From: Nemertoderma westbladi
Lineage: Eukaryota; Animalia; Xenacoelomorpha
Assembly: GCA_032718475.1 (NCBI GenBank)
Contig: JAUCBJ010005855.1
Coordinates: 1-64,000 of the forward strand
DNA: 64,000 nucleotides
Direction: 5' to 3'
The notes beneath the pieces were generated by a model, which made no database searches, had not been told where the DNA came from, and saw only the letters and a list, made by a program, of their open reading frames with translations. The translations under genes were made by a program, and so were the position numbers. This document shows, piece after piece, positions 33,146 to 45,417 of this stretch; position 1 is the first letter of the stretch; each line of letters opens with the position of its first letter.

Positions 33146-34235
33146 TGATGAATTATTTCACTATAAGGTAGCATTTGTAGTTTAACTTTAACGTAAAAAC
33201 TTTCGAAAATCCGACGCATTTTGATTAAGTTACAGTAATGTAATATGCCTATTCATATTTGTACACATAAAACCCTTAGGTACTCTCGTGGCGTAGTGGT
33301 CAGATGGTTAAGGCGTTGGTTACATTACATAGGTTACGAGTTCGAATCCCGGTTGGGAAATTTGTATTTTGGGGCCATTTATTTTCGTTTGGTGCTAATT
33401 GGTAGGCCAATGAGAAGCGTACAACGTAGCGAATGATGAGCCAGGCCAATCATAGGGCATAAATTATCTTATTGCTCAAATGTGAGGCAGTGGAAAATTC
33501 TGTTAGGATTCCATGTCCCAGATTAGTGTAAGGGCCGGATTGCGTTGAACGATGAGCTGGGCCAATCATAGGGCACGAAGCACTTTATTGCTCAAATGTG
33601 AAGCTGTGGAAAATTCTGTTTAGTTTCCATGTGCGATATTTAGTATAAAAGGCCGGTTTGCCTTCGGTTATCACTCTTACTTACTTCTTAGAACCTAAAT
33701 CCTTACTCTTGTAAAAATTAGTTTATTCGGTTTCTTGTTGAAACTTCGTTTGATAATTCCTTTGTAAAACTGTAAATATACTGCAAATTCCTGAACATGT
33801 TTTCTTTTGGTCCAACTTTGGGACAGCCAAACATCAGGAAGATGGCAGCCTAGACCGTTAGGCCGTAAGCAACGCAGGGAAAAGATGTCCACAACACGCT
33901 AGCGCCCACATTGGATTGACCGCGCACCCCCTTTGCCCCTTCGAAATACTCCACTTGCCATGCAGCGCCCGCTTTGTGAGAAAGGTAAGACTTTGTTCGA
34001 CGCCCTTGCCCGCCGTAAGACCTATAGATCAGGGTAAGCGTGACGCCGTCCTGGACGCCGCAAATTTAGGATCAAATAATTATATTCAGACAGAAACACC
34101 CCCCCCCCCCCCCCCCCCCCCCCCCCTTTGTCATGTCCTACGAACCCCTGGGTTAACCTGTACTTCCTACAGGTGCGAACTATTGCCATTCATCAGTACG
34201 CGAGTACATATTAGGTACGGACAGCATATGTTCCA
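33146..34235 (+). repeat. 3' LTR of family A (1090 bp)
   Basis: Direct repeat of 15853-16935. Confidence 0.93.
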
Positions 34236-34395
34236 AACAGTTGCGGTGCAAACAGTGGTGCAGACACTGGTGCAGACAGTGGTGCAGACAGTGGTGCAGA
34301 TAGTGATGCAGACAGTGGTGCAGACAGGGGTGCAGACAGTGGTGCAGGCAGTTTGTGTAGACAGTGGTGCAGACAGTGGTGCAAACACTGGTGCT
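34236..34395. repeat. 12-bp minisatellite (CAGACAGTGGTG)n abutting the 3' LTR
   Basis: ~13 visible units. Confidence 0.92.
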
Positions 34396-35616
34396 GTTAG
34401 CGCTTTTAGTAAATTGTGTTCATTCAATCTCAATTTCGTCTATTTGTGACTTGTAGCATTCAAAGCTGAGAACTCATGCATTTATGGCGTGATATAAACT
34501 GCTGGTCTGACACAATAAACGGGATTGCGCTAGTGTACCTGTCAACAAGGGCCGCTTACTGCATCGGTCGCTTCCCCTTTGCCTTCCTCTCATAAGTTGG
34601 TTTATTCTATAACTTATTTGGTTCAATACGGTATTTGATTATCTATTGTATTTAACTGAGATACGATACCGGGAGGATGTGACAACACAATATAACAAGC
34701 AATTATTGGCTGACTAATTAATTCTATAAGAACTCAAGTGCGGTATTTGTGTTTCTCTTTAGGAGAAACGTATAGTGACTTGCCTTTATGTACAATTATA
34801 TAAATATTTCTATCGTAATTAATTTATGACAACTCTCAATCTTGATACAATTAATAATAAGGGCCTTTCTTATATTAATGGTCTGGTATATCGCCATATA
34901 TTAATTATTTAAAAAGTCAGAGATAGAGCGACACACTTCTATTACAATTGTCCAGATTACCACTGATACTTAATTGCATAGACCCACCTTATAATTGGCG
35001 CGTGTAAAGTCTCCTTGATTACGTAATATCGGCGGTATAATCAACAATAAGAGAGCAAATTATGTTTAACGACAGAACAAATTACAAGTGCTAGTAGAAT
35101 TATTATTAACAAGGCGCGTCTGCATGAGAAGTAATCTCTACAGAACTACAAAATCACATACACAAATTAACAGCTAACAAATATTATATACTCAGGGAAG
35201 ATCAATGTAATTGTTATGAGCCAATAGGGGATCACTTACTCCTTGGATGTTCCCTGTAACAATAAGTTCAAATACAGGCAAACGGTTCAAGTTCGTACAT
35301 AAAAACTAATCTAATAAGTAAATAATTCAGTTATCAACACCAAACTAGAATTATACAGAGCGTACGTAGTTAATCATATATAAAAACATCTCAACTCGTG
35401 AACAAATAATTAAGAGTTACCAAATGCTCATAACTCCTTAAGCAGTTAAGTTGTAGTGCGAGAAAGCGTTCGAAGCATATAAAATGTTTCAGTTTATAAT
35501 AAAAATAAGCTAAATGGATTCTTGGGGACACCTTATTTTACCTATAATATAAAATAAAGATATGAGTCATATAAAGTAAAATAAAGGTAATATAAAGAAG
35601 TGTCGAGAATCAATGT

Positions 35617-38600
35617 TTATTTATGACTTTTCTTCTTTTTAGAAGAGCGTTTGCGTCGCTTTGTCGACGGTGAATGATTATTGGTTGACGAAGGTGGGGA
35701 ACCTCGTACTTGCAGCCCTTCAGCGGCGGAAGGATGAATCTCCAATGAATCCGGATGGGGCGCAACAGCACATAATGCGGGTCCTCCGGTAGAAGTTCCA
35801 GGTTGAGGTTCAGTTGTCGTAGTGGTCACTGAAACGGATTGTCGCAACAACTTTACGCCTTTTCTAAGTACCTTGGCCAGTGAGGACCTGGAGGAAGGCA
35901 CCAGGGTGGATTGTACTGCCTTTTGAAGAATTGCCGCAGTAACTGGTCTTTTGAGAGTTTGCGATGACGTCGCAATGCCTCCTCTGTCGGAAATAAACCT
36001 GGGCGGCTTGACAGTCTCTTCAGCAAGACGCGCCGTATGACGAAGGTAAGCAACTCGATCCGAAGTTTGTAGCAACTCGGGATTAGCGGCGACGAAGTCG
36101 TACCCGTAGTTCGAGTCTTTCCGCATGAATTCAACAAGGTTGTAGGTCGTAACGTCACCGGGGTTCATACGACGGAGAAAGGGCCGCACATACTGAGTGT
36201 TAGTAAGCTCCGAAACGGTTAATAATAACTGGTGGAAGGTGGGATCTTTGCACTTCAATAGCGAAATAATAGGGATTGAATGCAAAGACTCCGCAATACG
36301 AGCGAGCAGACTCGTAGCGTAGGCGCGTGACTTGATTTAAGTCAGTGTAATGTTCCCACAATTTAATATACTTTAAGAGGGATGTATCGTCGTCCCGTTG
36401 TGTCAAGTCAAAGGTGCAAGAGCCCGGGTAATGCCCTTTAAGACGACATTTATCGCATTGTTCAGCGAATTGCGGGCAGTTGAAGAAGGTATGATCGTCG
36501 AACAATCTGCAATATGGACAATGGAGGGGAAGGTCCGAACATTGTAGATAGCTTTGACAAATCTCGCCGGTAGCTGGTGCTTTATGCGCACGGGAACCAC
36601 ATTGAACGCAGCGCTTCCTACCTTGAGACACACCCGAACGAAGCGAATCTCGTCAAAGGTTGTGGTCCAAGGTGCCACGGCATAATAAATTCACCGTCAT
36701 CATCCGACTCAGAAGTGGGATGGATGGATTTAGATTCCAGGACATTATCTGTTGCGGAATCCTTTAGATAAGAAGCCAGCTGTTTGTCCGAAGTTTGGAC
36801 AATCGAGACATAATACCCAGACTTAAGGATGGGGCGTTCTAGAATAGTCGAATGTAGGTTTTTAACACATACATCCTTAAATATAGCGAAACCCTTTAGA
36901 TTTAAATCCTCGAAAGCAGAGAGACGTATATTTACCTGTCCCTTCAGAAGGTGATCACAGAACTGGCTATCAATACCAAAGAAAGGGAATAAAAATCTTT
37001 GAAAACATTCGAAACATTGGAACTTCCCTTCACGGTTGACTTTGGCAAGCTGGGTGCAGAGAATTAAGGGGTGTGACCTCAAAGTTCTACTACAAGTATT
37101 GGCCAACCAACCTGACACAACAGAGTTCTCGTAAATCATATAAATAGCCAAAGAAGGCCAAAGGGGAACACTAATATTTGAATAAACTGCACCCGGAGCG
37201 GTCAAGGGACCATTAAAATAATAATGGGAATAATTATCACCGTACAGATTTAAATAGCGGTTATACCGACCTTCCTTGAAATCCCAACCGAGTTCATGGA
37301 ATGAGATATGTCCGATGCCGGTACGTTCAGCTCTGCGCATTCTGCTTCCCACGCGTTCGTAAATAACGCGGAAAAAGCCACGTTCCTGAGCCCACGGGAG
37401 GATCATTTGCGTGTCCGCAAAGGGGTAAGGAATATCTAACAATGAGTCGAAATCCTTGTATAGGTCGGGATATATTGCTGAACCGAGTTTGCAAATCGTC
37501 TCGTTGAACAACAGGTCAAGGACAGGTTGTGGTAGCATTGAGGGTTTGATAGCGAGCGCAGGGTGCCGCTTGGTTGCAACGACGTAACAGTAGGACTTCT
37601 CGAACTGTCCATGTCGAGGTAACATTTCCTGGAAGGACGGAGGGGTAAAAGATGCGTTAGAGCTATGGGAGGTTTGCGTGAATACATGAGTGGCTCCGGT
37701 GAGACAACGGAAATGTATTAGCGTGTGGTGCCGAGTTCATCATTCAAAACGGAACCTTTGTTGTCGTATAGCATCACACCATACTGCTGGATAATCTCGA
37801 GCATGTTATTAAATTCGAGATACGCAATGGTTTTGTCCACTTCAACTGGTGTCCATAAGCTGTCGAGGGATCCGATGGAGCCTCGGGCGATAACTACCGA
37901 TTTGTGACTTTGGACGTTTTCTACGACGGATTTTTCTTTCATCACCGTAGAGAGTTTGTCTTCCCGAAATCGCACGTCGACGTTCCAGTGAATTAATCGA
38001 TCAATAATGAAATTAGCAAGATTATGGGGAGGTGCGGGTTTGTCTTCTATAGTTTGTGGGGCGAGCCACGAAGTTGGCGGAGCCTTAGCGAATTGACACT
38101 ATTAGGGGGTGGGTCAATTTATGCAAATAGTTGTCGTCGTCGTCGTTGTCGTCGTCGTCGTCATCGTCGTCGTCGTCGTTACGATTTTGACATGCTAATA
38201 ACTTTGTCGGATTTAAAGCTGCCAAGTTGAAAATTTGTAGGTATCAATATGAGCAAAAGTTGAGATTTTTGAGAGACTTTCAGACACCATCAGTGCAATG
38301 GTCTCCCGCTAGAGGGCCACATGTCTAAACATTAAATGCCCTCCCATTTCTTTGCTTTTAATCCGTTTAAGCTGAAACTTGGCAGATATGTATTAGACCA
38401 TTAGCTGTGACTTTCAAAGGAGGCGAATCCATCTGCAGTTCTCCAGTCTGCCGCTAGAGGGCCAAAGGTCTGAAAGTGAAAACAACTAACGACGACAACT
38501 ATTTGCATAAATTGACCCACCCCCTAACAGTGTCAATTCGCTAAGGCTTCGCCAACTTCGTGCTGCGCGAAGGCCCCACTTCGTGTATATTAAAGGGTTT

Positions 38601-40475
38601 ACGGAAGGCGTTCAGTTTAACCATGTGATCGAGATGTTTCTGCAGGGGTTCGATTTCTGTAACATCGAGCAGATTAACTAGAGGTAGAAAATCCATACTG
38701 CAGGCGGGATCCTCAGGTTTCATCACGTACTGTTGAACGAGGAGAATGAAGTCCGGATGGTCCTGAATCCCATAGAACGGGGGATGGAGAGGACGTCTTT
38801 CCAGATTCTTATCTCGGATCAGTGACTTGATTTGGTCAGTTCGGCCAAGGGGAGCGATAATCCACTCGTCGTCAGTTTTGTCGAGAAAGGGCTCAACAAT
38901 GTGGGTTTCCAGCATTGGAGCATCGGCGACCAGGTTAGGGTTGGAGATGTCGGTGTCGAAAGGTATCGTTCGGGTTTGACTGTAAGCGACACCGAAACGC
39001 TTTACAGACCCAGACGGATGAGCTTGCGCATTACCTTGGAACCCTTCCATAAGAGTTTGGACCGCGGGTTGGACCAAGGAAACTAGCTCGCGCTCGTCGT
39101 TTAAACGTTCACGCTCCGTCTGTTCCTCTTCTTCACGAAGACGTTGGCTTTCTTTTAAGGCATCTGCAAGGAAAATAGCCTTTCCTCTTTCGATTTCCTC
39201 TTGGATGAGGCGGACTTTGGACTCAAACTCTGGGAGTCGCATCCGTCGGATGACATCAAGTTTACCGGATAACTTGATTGGGTCATCAACACCGATAGAG
39301 TTTCGTAGGGAGTCCAGAAACTCAGTAACTAGATAGTTACGATTGACGTTGGAGGTCCCGGCGAAGGTGAGGGGGGAGGTCCACATGGATTGCTCACGCT
39401 GTAGCAGACTGCCACGGCCGATACTGATCATAGAGGGTTGGAGTGGGGTCGGCTCTTCCTCTTGGTAGCGGGGAGCTATCTGTTCCTCCATGACAAGGTC
39501 TCGGAAATACATGTACATGGTTTCGGAGAAGCGAGGATCGGTCGGGGATAGTGTCATGGGTTTTACCATGGGTAACATCGGGCCGGGAGAAAACTCCGGA
39601 ACGCGGATCATAGGTTTACGTACTCTCTGTAGACCACGTAACCGTTTCTCATCAACATTAAATCGATTTTCCTCAAACCCACCGTACGAGTACTTGACGT
39701 AACTATGGCGGGGACATCGCCAATGGGGATGGTTCGCAGGCATAGTGGAGACTTGTTGGTTGGGATGCGGGCATTGACCACACAAGTACCAGAGCCAAAA
39801 GCCAGTTTTACTCGGAGATGGGGACTTCACACCAGATTTGCAGTATTCTTCCATGTCGTAGAAGGAGTCGGGGAGGACAGGGAGCGGGCAGCCCTCAGTA
39901 AGGTACATCATGGTGTGATAGAGTCGTTTGATCTCCTTAACTGGATCAGGATGAACGCCTCTGGGGTAGAGAGTTTGTAAATCCTGTTGGCTAGCGACCT
40001 TTAGGTATGTCTCACGAAGGAATATAACATAGTCCTCAAACCGGAAGAGATGAAAAGAGTTCTCTGTATCGTCATCCGCAACATCAACACGAATCTGGTA
40101 GTCGCGTTGAGTTTGAATCTCGTTTCTACATTGCCGCTCAACTTGAAGTTTGAACATCTTCATGTCCCATTCAACGTGTTGGTCATCAATGTCCCGTAAG
40201 TCCATAGGGTGACCAGTAGTGAGGAAGCTGTTATAACTCCCATCGCGTTTGGTGTATTTGAGAATAAACTCACGATATTGTTGTTCGATGTCGCGCTGTT
40301 CGGGGTTCATCAGCGGTTCGATGTAGCTTCCCGAAGGATCCATACGCGGTTCCATACTTTGGGCGAGCTGAGTGGATTCGCCGGTATAGTCAGCTATCAT
40401 CGTATCCATCATCTCCGAATGTTGTCCCCGAGAACGTCGCTTTACGGAGGGGGGTGTCTTTGAAGATCGAGACAT
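35617..40475 (-). pseudogene. Family B ORF3: homolog of family A ORF3 (exonuclease-like plus 3 CCHC), split by a MITE and frameshifts
   Basis: DPVKEIKRLYHTMMYLT..PLP (A: DPDTEIRRLYHTLQYLT..PLP); LYDNKG; MLPQPVLDLLFNETICKLGSAIYPDLYKDF; FADT; YMIYE; CVQC, CPYC..HTFFNC, CDKC...GH; basic tail KRRKRSSKKKK. Confidence 0.82.
38064..38564. mobile_element. ~500-bp MITE with ~75-bp terminal inverted repeats inserted in family B ORF3
   Basis: cacgaagttggcgragccttagcgaattgacactrttagggggtgggtcaatttatgcaaatagttgtcgtcgt is inverted at both ends; internal (GTC)n; possible 3-bp GCG TSD (exact ends uncertain). Confidence 0.88.
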
Positions 40476-43400
40476 TATGAGTTCGAGTAGATGAGTTTAT
40501 ATACGGGGTAGGTGAGCGTCATCGCCCCAAAAGCGCCGAGACACGCCGCGGCGCAGTCCCTGGTCAATCCCTTATGGCGAGAATCGAGTTTGCAACTACC
40601 AGCGGTACCGAAATATCGTGGCTAAATGCTAAACTCTTTTAAAGCCAGGGATACGGGGGACTGGCCCGGAGCCATCACTGATCTACTGCGACTATAGTAT
40701 CTATGGATGGTTGGACAATTGTGTATACCGTAAATCTCACACTATTTATGGGTCTTTCACTCTATTTAGCTTAATTTGGTGCTTATATGTGCACTTTTGG
40801 CTAACATTCGTTCAAAATAGGGTTCAGAAACGCTTAACTTTAAACATTTACCAGAATGTCACTGTTTTATGTATGATAACAATATTACCTCTCCCATACA
40901 AGCTGTGTTAAGCAATTGCATTTACAGTTGTACGAGTTCTAACTATGTTTCCTGGGAAACATGTTGTTTTATTGTTATTTAATTAATTGTTCCGTGACAT
41001 ATTGATAAATAGAAATTAGAATGCTCACCTCTCACACTTATTTCACATTAGTAACTACAGTAATAGTTATTTGGGCATTTATGGCGATATTAAATTTAAT
41101 TGTTATTATTAATTATTATTTATTTGAATTTAATTTCGTAAAATTTTTTGAAAAAATGCATATTTCTATGCCTGTAACGTCGCACAATTCGCTTCCACGA
41201 TTGAGTATTGTCGTTAGTAATTAGTCACTTATTTTGAATTATTTAAGTTTTAAGTCAAATAATTTACTGTTAAATTAAATTGTTGCACATGCAGCTGTTC
41301 ATATACAACGTACAATTAACAGAAGTAGGTTTTGTTGCTACCGTGCACTGTAGTCTAATACTAATACCCACATTATACCAAGTGGTTGATAATAATTACA
41401 CACTCAATCATAACCTACTACAAGACGTTACTCAAGCTTGTATGTTAGACTGCTTGGTCTAACTCTCTGTTGCGCGTAGTTACCAGAACGTTCCCTTGCC
41501 AGTTATAATAAACAAAGGCGTCTGATGGGTCAGTTGAAATAGTGTACCTTTGGTTTAGGTGTAGCTCTCCAAATAGCTAGTTCAACTGAGCGTACCAAAC
41601 CATCATTCCCTTGATGATTTTCTGTTATCAGGCCTGTTTCCCAGTTTTTTCTAGGTTGGTCTTGATCCACTAAGAAAACAATATCGCTGACTGACACATT
41701 TTCCTTCTTAGAAAATCATTTGGTTCTGAGCTGGACCGATGGTAAGTAGTGTCTTTCAAAATGTGTAGCAAATCGACGAGATAATAATTGCATCATTTGC
41801 CAGGTGCGTCTCAGCAGCTCATCACCGTCCTGTGGTGTGGATTTCGGTAACATCGTTAATGGTTTTCTCAGCATAAAATGGGATGGTGTTAGTGGCTCCA
41901 TGGCTTGTGGATTAGATGAAACAGGTAAGAGGGGCCTATCATTTAAATAAATCGCTATTTCCTCTAAGAGAGTTCGGAGTAGCTCATTGGTTAGATAGGC
42001 TTTACATGGAATGATATGGTGGAACGCGATCTTCGTGCTCTTAATTAGTCGTTCCCAACTTCCACCCCACCAAGGCGCATCGGCTGCATTAAACGTCCAT
42101 GTTGATGCCGATACCCTTAGGTGTTCTTCTAGGGCTAGCTGGTGATCGTTCCAATCGGCTATGAATTTAGTGATTTCCTTGTTGGTGCCCATAAAATTCG
42201 TTTCCTGGTCGGATCTCATAGTGCGGCTGGTACCAGTCGACCGATTTGTCTTCTCAGGCAAAGGATAAAACTTTTCATTGACATATCGTTAACCATATCC
42301 AAGTAAATGGCTCGAAAAGTCATGCAAACAAAGATGACACGCCATCTTTTCACCATTGTACGGGCGCGCTTGACTTCGATGGTTCTGAAGAGATCTACGC
42401 CGGTGTGGGTGAACGGGGGTTGGTAACATTTGACTCTTTCCCTAGGGAGCGCCGCTTCTAGTTGAGTCATCAGCTTGCTATAAATCCTTTTGCAAGGTAT
42501 ACAGTTTCGTAATATTTGGTTGAGAGCTGCGCGGGTGTGTACCAGGTAGTATCGCGTTCTGATCTCGCTTAATATGTTCCCTCCCGGCGTGATAGAGACG
42601 GTAGTGAACATCCTGTATCAACTTGATTTGAATTTCCGGGTCGAATATTAGTATGGGAAACATAGTATCTCTAGAGATCGGAGCGTTAGTAAGGCGACCT
42701 CCAACTCGAATAAAACCATTGATCATTATACTGGAGAATTTGTCTGCTAATGGAGTTAGGGGGTCAACACTGAGCTGGTTATATTTCTCAGGCTTCTCCA
42801 GTCTTTGTGAAACTCTTAATAAGTGAAAATTTGATTTATCTACTTCATTAGCAGTTAAGCCTATCATAGGTATGGTCTTAGCTCTGTATCTATAGTGGAA
42901 GAGTTGTTTCAGTATGGTTACAGCCCTACGCATTTTATTCCACGAGCTATAATGGTTCATGGCTCGACATATTAGCAGGGATAAGCCCATGTCCACATTT
43001 GGTAACAGTAGTTGGTCAGTGGATTTTTCAGGGTCATTAACGGCAGTTTTGGGCTGGAAATCAATATTCGGGGGAAGGTTTGGAATTTGACTACCAGTTT
43101 TGTTTACATAGTTGTTGGTTGCTATGTCAACAGGCTTAAAAAGCTTTGACTTAGAGGGCCTGGTTTTTGGCTTAACTATTTCTAGACCCTTGACTTGCCT
43201 CATTTCCTCCGGGGTAATATGAGGAGTCCATTGGTCTTTCGGTTTGGAAAGGAAATCGGGCTCATTCAACCAACATGTTGAATTTAAAAGGTCAGTAGGT
43301 GTCGCACCACGGGAGGGTATGTCAGCCGGGTTTTGAGGTCCGGGGATGTACCTCCATTGGTCTAACTTGGTGCGGTTGAGTATTATTGATACTCGGTTTG

Positions 43401-43995
43401 TAATGTATACGCTAAAACCGCAGACGGTGTCAAATATTCCCACACTATGGCTGCGTCTGTCCATAAAACGGTTCTAGATATTACAAAGACGGTCTCGTCC
43501 AGGATATTTTTGGCAACAGTAGTTGCAAACAGTGCGGCCTTTAGTTCATCTCTCGTCACTGTTAAATCTTTGCTTTTTATCAAAGATTTGGACGCGGCTA
43601 GGGACACCCGAGTATCTTGTGGTGTAGTGACCCTATAATAGGCTATGATACCAATGCCCTTGTCACTAGCGTCCCCGAACATGTGTAATTGGTACATGTG
43701 CGATGGCAGAGCATTAGGGAAATAAGCTCTGGGTACCCGGAAGTTTTCAATGTTGGGTAGGGCATATTCCCACTTGAGCCAGTTATCTAGCAGATCTCCT
43801 GCTAGAGGTTCATCCCACGTGAGATTGTGGTCCCACATAGATTTAACTATCTGCCTAGCTTTCACAATGACAGGAATTATAAAGCCTATAGGGTCAAACA
43901 GAGTACTCAATATATTGAGGCAAATACGTTTGGTACTTATGCCTGGAGGTCTAGTTTGAACTTTAAAGAACATTTCATCCCGTTGTGTGTCCCAT

Positions 43996-45417
43996 GAAAA
44001 CAAATAAGTTGGTGCCAGTTCCCAAGAAGGGCAACCTAACACTCTATGGTTCTTTTCGGGGAATCTCATTGATCTCGATTGCTGCAAAACTATACAATAG
44101 AATTCTATTAAATCGCATCAGGGATCCCATTGAGAGACTGCTACGTGGAAATCAGAATGGGTTCCGTAAAGGTCGTGGGACCATGGAGCCCATTTTGGCA
44201 CTTAGAAGGATAATTGAAGAGTTATCAAAAAAGAAAGACAGGCATCTGGCTGTTATCTTTGTTGACTTCTTCAAGGCCTTTGATTCAGTCTCTCGCTCAC
44301 GTATGTTCAGCATACTTTCATTATATGGGATTCCTGATGAAATTATTGCAGCAATCAGATCAGTATACGATGGTTCGACAACATTTGTGTCTACTGTTGA
44401 TGGTGACACAGAACCATTTGAAGTGTTATGGGGCGTCCTCCAAGGAGACACACTTGCACCATTCTTGTTCATTATTGTGGTTGACTATGTTCTACGCATG
44501 TCCTTAGATCATCATAATGATGATGGGGTGATGATAACTCCACCTACTGGCTCCAGAAGTCGAGGAAATCCTGCCAAGTACCTAACTGATCTAGACTTTG
44601 CTGATGACTTAGGAGTACTCTCAGAATCATTAGAGGGAGCCCAGCGGCTCCTCAGCTCATTAGAACATGCTGCTTCTAGTGTTGGTCTTTTTATTAACTC
44701 CAGAAAGACCAAAATTCTGACAGTTAACTTTGAAAGTCCTCAGCAAGTCTCTGATCGGATGAGCATAAGCTCAAAGGATGGTATGCTTGAGCATGTGGAC
44801 GACTTCTGTTACCTGGGATCATGGATCCGGAAGTCAGGTGAGGACCTTCGAATACGTAAGGGAAAGGCATGGGCAGCCTTGAATAGGCTTTCCAGGATTT
44901 GGAAGTCACCTAGAATTAATCGGAAACTTAAGGTCCGATTATTTAGAGCAGCAGTAGTTCCAGTACTCCTCTACGGGAGTCCATGCTGGGCTCTAACTGC
45001 TGAGGACACCAAATCTCTGGATGGCACATTCACAAGAATGCTACGCCGGGTACATTGTGTCAAGTACAATGCACACATCTCCAACCAGACACTATATAAC
45101 ATTGGAGGTGTCTCATTGGTTCCCCCAAGCTTGACACTAGAACAAAATCGCCTCCGCTTTGCAGGACATTGCTTTCGCCGTGAGGACCAGCCAGTGCATA
45201 ATCTTGTACTTTGGCAGCCTCATGGAGTGAATAAGCATGGTGGACAGCCCATGACTTTCTTGAGACGCATCTTAAAGGACACTGGCCTTAAAGATGCGGA
45301 TGATCTAGCAAATGTCATGGGTGATAGGGAGTTGTGGCGGTGCAATTTTGTTGATAAGCCGGCACAGCATTCTTAAAAATGCAGCTGCAATGCAGCATGC
45401 CGATGCTAGTAGTAGTA
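43996..45417 (+). mobile_element. 5'-truncated RTE-like LINE inserted antisense in family B pol, RT frame still open
   Basis: FRGISL, QNGFRKGR, FVDFFKAFDSV, GVLQGDTLAPFLF, DFADD, YLGS; (TAG)n tail; TSD GTGTCCCAT at 43987-43995 and 45418-45426. Removing it restores LGLRWDTQRD. Confidence 0.95.

Larger units (their letters stand above)
15853..34235 (+). mobile_element. Full-length BEL/Pao LTR retrotransposon (family A, 18.4 kb) with gag, pol and an extra ORF3
   Basis: TG...CA LTRs; gag-PR-RT-RH-IN order with Pao-type motifs; short purine tract GGAGCGG before the 3' LTR. Confidence 0.96.

Noticed and set aside
33916-34449. 177-aa ORF with VVQT repeats
   Set aside because: LTR sequence fused to a 12-bp minisatellite; not the same unit as the pol SPD repeat
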